This document shows positions 12,314-22,985 of a stretch of DNA of 64,000 bases, piece by piece. Every line of letters begins with the position of its first letter. Positions within the stretch are counted from its first letter, which is position 1. The translations under genes were made by a program, and so were the position numbers. A model generated the notes under the pieces. The model worked only from the letters and a program-made list of their open reading frames with translations. It had not been told where the DNA came from and ran no database searches. The stretch is from contig NC_135805.1 in the NCBI RefSeq assembly GCF_964213995.1, positions 64,480,001 to 64,544,000 on the forward strand. Reading direction: 5' to 3'. This DNA comes from Mustelus asterias. Taxonomy: Eukaryota.

Positions 12314-15300
12314 TGGCACAAATATCCTGGCTGGGAGCTTTGCTAGTGCAGTTCGGGGGGGTTTAAACTAGTATGGCAGGGGGGTGGGGATCAAACTATT
12401 AGGTCTATAAGAGTGGAGGCTGGGGACGAGCTTGGGGCTGGGACAAGGCTGGCAAAGAAGAAGAGCACTCTGGGGGAGGACGACCTCACTGAGCCTGGAG
12501 GTCTGGAGTGCTTATACTTCAATGCAAGGAGCGTAGCAGGTAAGACAGACGAACTTGGGGCCTTAATGCGCACGAGGAATTTGGATGTGGTTGCGGTGAC
12601 AGAGACTTGGTTGAAAGAGGGACAGGACTGGCAGCTGAATATTCCGGGGTACAAGTGTTTTAGGCGAGACAGAGGAGGGGCCAAAAGAGGTGGGGGAGTA
12701 GCGGTATTAGTTGGAGAGCATATTACAGCGGTGCAGAGGGAGGACAATTCAGAGGGGTCGTGTAACGAGTCACTCTGGGTGGAGCTTAGAAACAGGAAAG
12801 GCGCAGTCACTATGTTGGGGGTGTACTACAGGCCCCCCAACAGCCCAAGGGAAGTGGAAGAATGGATATGTCAGGAGATACTGGATAGGTGCAGGAAAAA
12901 TAGGGTTGTTGTAGTGGGAGACTTCAATTTCCCTGGTATAGACTGGAAATCGCTGAGGGCAGGGACTCTGGATGGGGAGGAATTTGTAAAATGTGTACAG
13001 GAGGGTTCGTTGGAACAATATGTAGACAGCCCGACTAGAGAGGGGGCTATACTGGACCTGGTACTGGGGAATGAGCCCGGTCAGGTCTTCAAAGTTTTGG
13101 TAGGGGAACATGTGGCAAATAGTGACCACAATTCTGTTAGCTTTAGGATAGTGATGGAAAAGGATGCGTGGTGTCCCAAGGGTAAGGTGTTGGATTGGGG
13201 GAAGGCTAACTTTAGTGGGATCAGGCAGAAATTGGCAGCTCTTGATTGGGAGAGGCTGTTTGAGGGTAAATCCACATCTGGTATGTGGCAGTCTTTTAAG
13301 GAACGGCTGTTAGGGCTACAGGACAAGCATGTGCCTGTAAAAAAGGATAGGAAGGGTAGGATTAGAGAACCGTGGATAACCAGGGAAATTGAGGGACTGG
13401 TCAAAAAGAAAAGAGAGGCGTATGTTAGGTCCAAGCAGCTAAAAACGGAGGGAGCTCTGGAGGAGTACAAAGAAAGTAGGAAAGTACTCAAACGGGGAAT
13501 TAGAAGAGCAAAAAGGGGTCACGAAATGTTCTTGGCAGACAGGATTAAGGAGAATCCCAAGGCATTTTATTCATACGTTAGGAACAAAAGGGTTGTCAGG
13601 GAAAAGATCGGACCTCTCAGGGACAATAGTGGGGACTTATGCTTGGAGCCCAAAGAAGTAGGGGAGATCCTAAATGAATATTTTGCGTCGGTATTCACAA
13701 AGGAGAGGGATGTGTTGACTGGGAGTGTCTCTGAGGGGAGTGTTGAACCGTTGGAGAAAATCTCCATTACAAAGGAGGAAGTGTTAGGTTTGTTAGAGAA
13801 TATAAAGACTGACAAATCCCCAGGGCCTGATGGAATCTATCCAAGGCTGCTCAGGGAGACGAGAGGTGAAATCGTTGGGCTTCTGACGCAAATCTTTGTC
13901 TCGTCACTGGACGCAGGTGAGGTCCCAGAGGATTGGAGGATAGCCAATGTGGTCCCGTTATTTAAGAAGGGTAGGAAGGATAACCCGGGTAATTATAGGC
14001 CGGTGAGCTTGACGTCCGTGGTGGGGAAGTTGTTGGAGAAGATTCTTAGAGATAGGATGTATGCGCATTTAGAAAGGAATAAACTCATTAACGATAGTCA
14101 GCATGGTTTTGTGAGAGGGAGGTCATGCCTCACTAACCTGGTGGTGTTTTTTGAAGAAGTGACCAAAATGGTTGACGAAGGAAGGGCCGTGGATGTTGTC
14201 GATATGGACTTTAGTAAAGCGTTTGACAAAGTCCCTCATGGTAGGCTAGTGAAAAAGGTTGGATCTCATGGGATAAAGGGGGAGGTGGCTAGATGGGTGG
14301 AGAACTGGCTTGGTCATAGAAGACAGAGGGTGGTAGTGGAAGGGTCTTTTTCCGGCTGGAGGCCTGTGACTAGTGGTGTACCGCAGGGCTCTGTATTGGG
14401 ACCTCTGCTTTTTGTGATTTATATAAATGATCTGGAAGAAGGAGTAACTGGGGTGATCAGTAAGTTTGCGGACGACACAAAACTGGCAGGACTTGCAGAT
14501 AGTGAGGAAGATTGTCAGAGGCTACAGAAGGATATAGATAGGCTGGAAATTTGGGCAAAGAAATGGCAGATGGAGTTCAATCCTGATAAATGCGAAGTGA
14601 TGCATTTTGGTGGGAATAATGTAGGGAGGAGCTACAAGATAAATGGAAGAACCATAAAGGGTGTAGAGACGCAGAGGGACCTGGGTGTGCAAGTCCACAG
14701 ATCTTTGAAGGTGACGTCACAGGTGGAGAAGGTGGTGAAGAAGGCATATGGCATGCTTGCCTTTATAGGACGGGGCATAGAGTATAAGAGTTGGGGTCTG
14801 ATGTTGCAGATGTATAGAACGTTGGTTCGGCCGCATTTGGAATACTGCGTCCAGTTCTGGTCGCCACACTACCAGAAGGACGTGGAGGCTTTGGAGAGAG
14901 TACAGAGGAGGTTTACCAGGATGTTGCCTGGTATGGAGGGGCTTGGTTATGAGGGGAGATTGGGGAAACTGGGGTTGTTCTCCTTGGAAAGACGGAGGAT
15001 GAGGGGAGACTTAATAGAGGTGTATAAAATTATGAAAGGCATAGATAGGGTGAACGGTGGGAAGCTTTTCCCCGGGTCGGTGGTGACATTCACGAGGGGT
15101 CATAGGTTCAAGGTGAAGGGGGGGAGGTTTAACACAGATATCAGAAGGACATATTTTACACAGAGGGTCGTGGGGGCCTGGAATGGGTTGCCGGGCAAGG
15201 TGGTGGAGGCGGACACACTGGGAACGTTTAAGACTTATCTAGACAGCTATATGAACGGAGTGGGAATGGAGGGATACAAAAGAGTGGTCTAGTTTGGACC

Positions 15301-15836
15301 AGGGAGCGGCGCGGGCTAATTGTTCTTTGTTTCTCGTTTCAAGGCTTCATTCTATGATCATCTTGCTGGTGCCAGTACAGAGCGAGACTGCGGATAGTTG
15401 GGAACCTGTCTCGGGGGCAGGGAATTCATATGGTGTTCGTGGAAGTGGAAATGAATAGGGTTGGGAAGCATTTTCTGATCAGGGCCAGTGTGATCTCCTG
15501 GACTCGTTTCGATCGCCTCAGGGGGTCGGAGAGGAATTTCCCAGATTTTTTTTTCCCCATATTGGCCCTGGGGTTTTCACTCTGGGTTTTCGCCTCTCCC
15601 TGGAGATCACATGGTCTGGAATGGGGGGGTAGGGGTGAGTTAATAGGTTGTGATGAACAAAGCATCATAGCTGTGAGGGACAGCGCGGGGATAGGATATT
15701 AGTATGTAGATAGGCTGGAAAATTGGGCGGGGATCCTGGATTCAGGATTCAATCCTGGACCGGGGAGCGGCGCGGGCTTGGAGGGCCGAAGGGCCTGTTC
15801 CTGTGCTGTATTGTTCTTTGTTTGTTCTTTGTTCTC
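12314..15836 (+). mobile_element. Young 5'-truncated CR1-clade LINE (end of ORF1, complete ORF2, long 3'UTR, TTGTTCT-type repeat tail), antisense in an NT5DC1 intron
   Basis: ORF1 C-terminus GTNILAGSFASAVRGGLN* (12315-12371), an uninterrupted ORF2, and a 3' end gggccgaagggcctgttcctgtgctgta followed by ttgttctttg repeats. Confidence 0.95.
12362..15292 (+). CDS. CR1 ORF2: APE-like endonuclease plus reverse transcriptase
   Basis: Endonuclease motifs CLYFNARS, VTETWL, YRPP, GDFNFP, SDH. RT motifs NYRPVSLTS, DFSKAFD, GVPQGSVLGP, FADD. The frame is open from 12362; the ORF track starts it at GTG 12413. Confidence 0.95.
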   Translation, partial: FKLVWQGGGDQTIRSIRVEAGDELGAGTRLAKKKSTLGEDDLTEPGGLECLYFNARSVAGKTDELGALMRTRNLDVVAVTETWLKEGQDWQLNIPGYKCFRRDRGGAKRGGGVAVLVGEHITAVQREDNSEGSCNESLWVELRNRKGAVTMLGVYYRPPNSPREVEEWICQEILDRCRKNRVVVVGDFNFPGIDWKSLRAGTLDGEEFVKCVQEGSLEQYVDSPTREGAILDLVLGNEPGQVFKVLVGEHVANSDHNSVSFRIVMEKDAWCPKGKVLDWGKANFSGIRQKLAALDWERLFEGKSTSGMWQSFKERLLGLQDKHVPVKKDRKGRIREPWITREIEGLVKKKREAYVRSKQLKTEGALEEYKESRKVLKRGIRRAKRGHEMFLADRIKENPKAFYSYVRNKRVVREKIGPLRDNSGDLCLEPKEVGEILNEYFASVFTKERDVLTGSVSEGSVEPLEKISITKEEVLGLLENIKTDKSPGPDGIYPRLLRETRGEIVGLLTQIFVSSLDAGEVPEDWRIANVVPLFKKGRKDNPGNYRPVSLTSVVGKLLEKILRDRMYAHLERNKLINDSQHGFVRGRSCLTNLVVFFEEVTKMVDEGRAVDVVDMDFSKAFDKVPHGRLVKKVGSHGIKGEVARWVENWLGHRRQRVVVEGSFSGWRPVTSGVPQGSVLGPLLFVIYINDLEEGVTGVISKFADDTKLAGLADSEEDCQRLQKDIDRLEIWAKKWQMEFNPDKCEVMHFGGNNVGRSYKINGRTIKGVETQRDLGVQVHRSLKVTSQVEKVVKKAYGMLAFIGRGIEYKSWGLMLQMYRTLVRPHLEYCVQFWSPHYQKDVEALERVQRRFTRMLPGMEGLGYEGRLGKLGLFSLERRRMRGDLIEVYKIMKGIDRVNGGKLFPGSVVTFTRGHRFKVKGGRFNTDIRRTYFTQRVVGAWNGLPGKVVEADTLGTFKTYLDSYMNGVGMEGYKRVV

Positions 15837-17409
15837 TGGGGCTATCATATGACCAGATACAGGGTAGTGCGAGTCCACTGCCATAAAATTAAGATGTGTG
15901 GACTGCTGACAGGATTGAGAAGACACTAACCCCAAGGTGGCATCCATGGCTGACTAGCTTTTGCAACAAAGGCTTTCTATGCTGTCACCATGAGACTGAA
16001 GCTCCAGTAATTCACATTTCTAAAATACTAAAGTTTGTATAAATAAATATATTTATTTATACAATTTGAAGCAGGTTGGAGCAGTTGGTTTTCAAAAGAT
16101 AGGTAGTGATGAAAATAACGCTTCTTGATTTGGACAGTAATCAACAAAGAATGCAGAGAGTATCCAGGGACTGTCATCGCTTGCAGAAAATACGATGCTG
16201 GCATAACAAATGCTTTAAAGAGGACTTGTGTTCCAGTGGGGTGTCACCACCTCGAGGAGAGAACATTGTGAAGAGAGAGTGAAAAGTACAACTCAAGAGT
16301 AATTGAAACATTATGCCAGAGTGTGTCACTGCAATTAGTCCTTTTTCCCCTGAAAATGAGATAGTGGTTTGAATCTACTGAACTAGAAATCTGACAGCAG
16401 TTATCGGGCAAAGCTTCCAGCAAACAGATCGCTGAAAACCCCAAATCATCCAAAAACGGATCTCCTCCAAACAACTAGGCAAAGCTGGTGACGGATAAAA
16501 TGCACTGCTTTGACGCACTGTTCTTCTACCAATGCATGTCATTTGCAAGATTTTTGAACTTTTTTTTACTTTGAACGTAAAAATAATTACAAACTTATCG
16601 ATTAAATGAAAATCAACCAGAAAGTTTACATGGTGCTTTATCCAACACGAATATGAAAATATAAAAGAGCTGCGAATTAAACTTGGGTGTTTTAGGAGGG
16701 AATGGGAGTTCAGCATAATATTTGACTGGGCTTCGTTGACAGGTCTCAAATTGTTAGCTCAGCGAATGTGGAGTTTTCTTTGTGGCACTACTCAGTGGGG
16801 AATATATCAAGGTATTTAAAGTATGCCATTGAAACTAATGGAGACCTCAACTGTTTCCATCTCATTAGGGATAAATGAAGTTAGACCCATAAAATAAACT
16901 ACTTGAATAAACTGGGCCTGCCAAAGAACTTGTTTTTGTTAACTCTGAAAAGTTTAAGAAACTGATCTTTCAAATGCTTGGCCTAATAGAAGACGTTAGC
17001 TGTGTATATAATCGCTCTCCTTTGTAAATTTAAAACAGCAGCAACAATGATTTTTGCAATGCATCCTATGACGTGTACAAACAGAAATGGGTTAATGGCA
17101 ATTGGTGATGCACTGACATGGCTGAATTGCCAAGTAGATAGCACTGAAACTGTGCTCATTTTCATATTTATCTTAACCCTGAGCCTGCCAACAGATTCAT
17201 GGAAAAATATGATTCCCCAGCCACCGTTTAAGCATTCAGTTCAAAAATCATACCAGCAAAATTAAACATCTAAAGCACATTTGTTCATCCTGATATCTTT
17301 TTACCTCTTTGTGGGATGTATAGAACATTGAGATGTAGCAATAGAAATCCTTGAGCTCACTTTTCCAGTTGACATCATTTTAGTATTGATGCTGACCTGA
17401 CAAAGAGAT

Positions 17410-19290
17410 TTTTAAAATTCATTCATGGAATGAGTGCCACTAGGTCAAGATTTTTTATTAATCTCTAATTTCCCTTCAGAAGGTGGTAGTGAATTGTCCT
17501 CTTGAACTGCTGCAGTCCATGTGGTGTAGCTACACCCAGTATGCTGTTAGGGAGGGAGATCTAGGATCTTGACCCTGTGACAGTGAAGGAACAGCAAGAG
17601 TTCCAAGTCAAAAAGGTGCGTGGCTTGGATGGGAACTTGCAGCCGGTGGTGTTCCCATGCTGCCATTGTCCTCCTATATGGTAGAGGTCGTAAGTTTAGA
17701 AGGTGCTGTTGAAGAATCCTTGGCATCTTGTAGATTGTACACACTGTGCAGGGACAGAATGCTTAAAGAGGTACATCAGGTGCCTATCAAGCAGGCTGCT
17801 TTGTCCTCAATAGCATCAAGCCTCTTGAGAGTTGGAGTTGCACTCATCAGGCAAGTAAAAAAAGAGGCAAGTGGCGTTCTATTAGACTCCTGGCTTGTGT
17901 CTTGTGGACAGACTTTGGGGAAGCAAGTTGCCTGCTGCAGAATTCCCAGCCTCTGTTCTGGTCCTGTAGCCACAGTAATTATGTGACTGGTCCACACTAA
18001 TTGCTGTTCAATGGTGATGCTCTGGTTGTTGATAATGAGGAATTCAGCAATGATAAAGTCATTCAAAGTCATGGGGAGATGGACAGATTCTTTCTTGTTG
18101 GAGATGGTCATTACCTGACATTTATCAGCCCAAGTCTGAATGTCATCCAGGTTGTTCTGCATTCAGACAAGGTCTGCTACTCTCAGGAGTAAGAAGTCTA
18201 ACAATACCAGGTTAAAGTTGAACAGGTTTATTTGGTAGCAAAAGTCACCAGCTTTCGGAACAGGCTGTCCCTTCGTCAGGTGGGTGGGAGTTCTGATTAC
18301 AAACAAGGCACAAAGACACAAACTCAATTTACATGAATAATGATTGGAATGTGAGCCTTTATAGCTAATCAAGTCTTAAAGGTACAGACAATGTGAGTGG
18401 AGGGAGCATTAAGCACAGGTTAAAGAGATGTGTATTGTCTTCAGACAGGACAGTTAGTGAGATTTTGCACATCCAGGCAGGTTGTGGGGGTTACAGATAG
18501 TGTGACATGAACCCTATATCCCGGTTGAGGCCGTCCTCGTGTGTGCGGAACCTGGCTATCAGTCTCTGCTCAGCGACTCTGCGCTGCCATGTGTCGTGAA
18601 GGCCGCCTTGGAGAACGCTTACCCGGAGATCAGAGGCTGAATGCCCGTGACTGCTGAAGTGCTCCCCAACAGGAAGAGAACACTCCTGCCTGGTGATTGT
18701 CGAGCGGTGTTCATTCATCCGTTGTCATAGCGTCTGCATGGTTTCCCCAATGTACCATCATTCCATCATGCAAGGAGTGTTTCCCATGTACACTCTCAGG
18801 AGTAGCAAATGATTTTGAACAATGTGGAATCAGGAGTGAACATTCCACTCCTGAGGAACTCTTACAGCAATGTCCTGGGGCTGAGAAGATTGGCCTCCAA
18901 CAATGAAAGACTTTGGGCTATATATGACTCCAACCGCTTGAAAACTTTACTCCTGGTTTTAAATTTTGCTCAGTTTCCTTGATGCCACATTTAGTCAAAT
19001 GCTGCCTTAACAAGGGCAGTCATTCTAACCTCATCTCTTCAGCACTTTCGACTACAATTAGCCCAAATCTGTAATGAGGTCAGGAGCAGAGTGAACCCAA
19101 ACTGAGCATCAATGAACAGGTTATTGCTCAGTAAGTGCAGGTCGATAGCACTGTCATCAACACCTTCTATTACTTTGATTATGAACGAGAGTAGACTGAT
19201 GGGGCAATAATTGGCCAGTTTGGATTTATGGACAGGGCATGCCTGGGCAACTTTCCTACATTGTCAGGTTGATGCCAGCGATACTGGCAA
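17410..19290 (-). mobile_element. Older CR1/L2-group LINE fragment interrupted by a Penelope insertion
   Basis: ORF 17776-18162 (QNNLDDIQTWADKCQVMTISNKK...) and GVRMTALVKAAFD-like RT remnants beyond 18805. Confidence 0.75.
18192..18791 (-). mobile_element. 5'-truncated Penelope-like element with 13-bp TSD (actctcaggagta at 18179-18191 and 18792-18804)
   Basis: WYIGETMQTL*QRMNEHR...VGEHFSSHGH...RRVAEQRLI (GIY-YIG C-terminus), a hammerhead motif, and an exact flanking duplication. Confidence 0.9.
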
Positions 19291-19439
19291 CAAATGCTTT
19301 AACCCTGGGGTTATAATAATTCTGATTAGAACACCAAAGTTACAATGTTCCTCAGAAAATTCTGGAGCCATAATTTAAATGCTAGCAGCTCGTGGTATGG
19401 TTCAGGGCAGTGAACTGACTGCCTGGCCATATTACATTT

Positions 19440-19700
19440 ATATCCCAAAATTGTAGCTCATAGAATAAAAGGGACAGTAGCAATTTCGATACAGAATTGG
19501 CAGAATAATAGGAAGCAGAGAGTAACGGCCTATGGATATTTTTCAGGCTGGAGAAAAGTTTGTAGTGGGTTCCTCAGGAGCTGGTATTGATATCCTTGCT
19601 TTTCCTGACATATATTAATGATCTAGGGTTTTGTGTACAGGGGACAGTTTCAAAGTTTGCAGATGATACTAAACATGGAAGGATTAAAAACTATGAAAGG
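19440..19700 (+). mobile_element. Degraded CR1 RT fragment
   Basis: ...tatattaatgatcta...aagtttgcagatgatactaaa encodes YIND/KFADDTK. Confidence 0.75.
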
Positions 19701-20074
19701 CCCTAGGTCTGCCCCCTCTGGGTGCTTCCTTCACTGACCTCTCCATCGAGATCCTATCCCTCTCTCCCTATTCCCCTCACCACCGAGAGAGTCCCTGTTC
19801 TTACCCGGTCCTGGGCTCTGGTATGTAAGAATCCAGGGGCTGTTTGTGGTCCCAGTCTTGGCCACCACTGCCTCTGGCATTGCTGAGACTACAGAGCTGA
19901 TCGCCAATCAGATTGAGGGGCAAAAATTCCATCTCTTGTCAATTAAAGTCCTACGAGCCTTATTTGGTTCTGGGCTGCTGTGATTGGGCAGGATTGCAGT
20001 CCCCGCCAATTCCTCAGGTGGCCAGGCAGGGCCCATTGTATCAGTGGGCAGAAACTGAGATTGTAAAACACTGA

Positions 20075-20179
20075 AACCAAAAGAGAAAATGCTGGAAAAT
20101 CTCAGCAGGTCTGGCAGCATCTGCAAGGAGAGAAAAGAGCTGACATTTCAAGTCCAGATGATTCTTTGTCAAAGCACTG
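20075..20179 (-). mobile_element. ~105-nt Penelope 3'-end fragment with 13-bp TSD (tgtaaaacactga at 20062-20074 and 20180-20192)
   Basis: Homologous to the element end at 2012-2113, with an exact flanking duplication. Confidence 0.82.
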
Positions 20180-20384
20180 TGTAAAACACTGATGTTGTTG
20201 ACTTTGAAGCAGGGCTGAGCTATTGTGAAACTGGCACACTTCCAGTTAAGAAACCAAGAAATGAACTAAATTCACCTCAAAAGAAAAATACAGATATGCC
20301 AGTTGACAGACTGAAAGCTTTCAGTTAACTTTGGAAGGTGACATTCTTGCTGTGGAACATTGCTTACTTAATGCAGATCAGAGT

Positions 20385-20670
20385 TATTTATTAGTGTCAC
20401 AAGTAGGCTTTCATTAACACTGCAATGAAGTTACAGTGAAAATCCCGTAGTCGCCACACTCTGGCGCTTGTTCGGGGTACTCTGAGGGGGAATTTAGCAT
20501 GGCCAATGTAACTATAACCAGTCTTTCGGACTGTGGGAGGAAACCGGAGCACCCAGAGGAAACCCAAGTAGACACAGGGAGAACATGCAGACTCTGCACA
20601 GTGACCCAAACTGGGAATCAAACCTAGGTCCCTGGCACTGTGAGGCAGCAGTGCTAACCACTGAGCCACC
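20385..20670 (-). mobile_element. HE1-head SINE with alternative tail (type 2)
   Basis: Same head, but the tail is ttttcactgtaacttcattgcagtgttaat...cttgtgacactaataaataa. Confidence 0.85.
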
Positions 20671-21385
20671 CCTGTGGAGTAGAAGCCAGGGAGTGCCTGA
20701 AAATATTTTTTTAATTCTTCATGTCACATTGCAGAAATAAAAGCTGCTGAAAAATTCCAATTCCCTTTTTCAAACTCTGGAAATTTATAAAAAAGGTGAG
20801 GTAATTTTTTTCAAAGGAAGCCCAGGATTTAAATTTAGACACGATAGGCATGAAAACATTATAGAATATGTAGGCATCTGCTTAATATTCCTAAATTTTC
20901 CATAAATCCATGATACAGGAGAATAACGAAGATATAGAACGTTGTTTGAATCTTAATGTGGATAAGGATAGAGTCCATGAAACAGCAAGTTATAACAAGT
21001 CTGTGAAGGTAATGGGCTCATGGGCTAAATCGTTTTCCTTTGTAATATGCTTTCTTATGTTCTTCTATTCATTAAGTTATTGAGAAATATCTAAGGACTC
21101 AGTTAACAGCTATCTTTGTGGATGTTAAAAACACCTGTGTCATTCCAAATGACATTCAATCAATCTAACAATCTGTGGTAATATAATCAGGGCCGAGTTT
21201 TAAGGCTGATCAAATTGGATATCCTAAATTAAAGAATTGGGCATATTAAAATCAAACAGTCAAACCTCGGGCAGGCCAATTGTACAAATACACAAACATG
21301 TCTGGGCCTGACCCATCAAAGGTCGTTGCACTCTACTGACACTTAGCAGGAGATCATTGCACCCCATTGAAATGCACCGGCCTAT

Positions 21386-21981
21386 TGTTAGAAGCCCAGA
21401 TCGGGCCAGACTTTCTGACACTGAGAGTTCCTGCAGTTAGCTTATCTGATAACAAGTTACATGTAAGCAACAGCATAGAGATGGATACCTGAGGGCGGAC
21501 CCTGGTGTCCTGTCAGGCAGACATCAAGAAACCCACTGGGTATTGGAACCCCCTCCTGGGACCTCACTGGCCGGAAGCCAGAGAAGTTTCTGGAAAGGCA
21601 AGCAGGCAGGAGGGATAAAGGAACACATTTCAGACACACCAGGAGTGAAGGCTTGACGAGGGAGGTGGCCTTGATCATCCGGAAGACTGACCAGAGAAGG
21701 AAGGAAGGAAGAAGCTGCCATCGAGACTCACCTTCGTGACGGCAGACCAGAGGGGCTCAGAGAATCGAGCCTGCAGTTTAACCAAACCATATTTGCGGGT
21801 AGTATACTTGAATCTGGGGTATCCTCTTGTTTTATGTGGGTAATTTAAGGGTTAATAGTGTTATTATTAATAAACTTGTTGAACCTTTGCCTGTGTTTGT
21901 CTTTTGTCCATCTTGCAAATAAGGACACCGGGGTAAAACCTTAGAGTAAGCAAACTGGTCGAAAGTATCTGAGAATTAACA
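21386..21981 (+). mobile_element. Possible solo LTR
   Basis: TGTTA...TAACA termini, ~600 bp, and an internal AATAAA (~21869). No clean TSD seen. Confidence 0.45.
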
Positions 21982-22634
21982 GGTACAGCAAATCACCACA
22001 AACTCATCAACTGCTGGTGCAAGAAACACAAGAATTACCAGGATCAGGAAAAATTATAATCCATTGTACAGTTAATGATTTTGAACTTAATTTTTATTTA
22101 CACAACAAACAGCAAGGAGGAAGAAAATTTGCACTTGGACACCATCTTTTATGCACCTCAGGATCATCTCAGCTTTTTTTACAATTGCTTACTTTTTGAA
22201 GTGTGCTGGTTGTTTCTAATGTAGACAAATACAATAGATTGCAAGAGCATGCAAACATCAGAGTGATGAATGGCCAGATATTCTACTTTTGAGCTACTGG
22301 TTGAGGGACTAAATTGCCCAGAACCCATTCCACTTTTTCACATTATTACCATGCAACTGCAAATATCCACCTGAATGCCATAATCAGGCAGAATGGACCT
22401 AATGTTTTAGTCAAGGTGGCACCTCCAATAGTGCAATTCTTCCTCTGTACCGCAAGTTAATATGCAAAAAGCCATTCTAAGGTGAATTGTGCAAAATGAG
22501 GATTTGGGCTTTATTAATATTTCTGTTACAGCGCTATGAATAGAGCTGTCTTCTGGAAAGGGAATGTGCTGGTCAAACTTAATGCAGTTCAACCTTTGAT
22601 TTCTATCAGAGACAGACTTTCATCCTTCATGGAC

Positions 22635-22985
22635 AGATGGTGACATAATGTTAACGTCACAGAGACCCAGGCTAATGCCCTGAGGACTTTGATTCATATC
22701 CCACTACAGCAGCTGATGGAATTTAAATTCAATTAATAAAATCTAGAATTGAAATTTAGTATCAGTAATGAGTGCTGTAAAAACATCCTCTGGTTCACTA
22801 ATACTCTTTAGGAAGGAAATCTGTCACCCTTCGACTACGTGTGACTACAAATCCATAGTGATGATCCACAGTTGACACTTAGCTACTCTTTGAAATGGCC
22901 TAGCAAGACAATCAGTTCACGGGAAGTTAGGGATGGGCAACACATGCTGGACTCTCCAGCGATGTCCTACATTGCATCAAATAAA
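22635..22985 (+). mobile_element. tRNA-derived SINE family B, degraded
   Basis: The ctggttcactaatactctttaggaaggaaatctg core is shared with 8430-8788. Confidence 0.75.

Noticed and set aside
12391-13815. Antisense ORFs within the CR1
   Set aside because: Shadow ORFs of ORF2 with no recognisable motifs.
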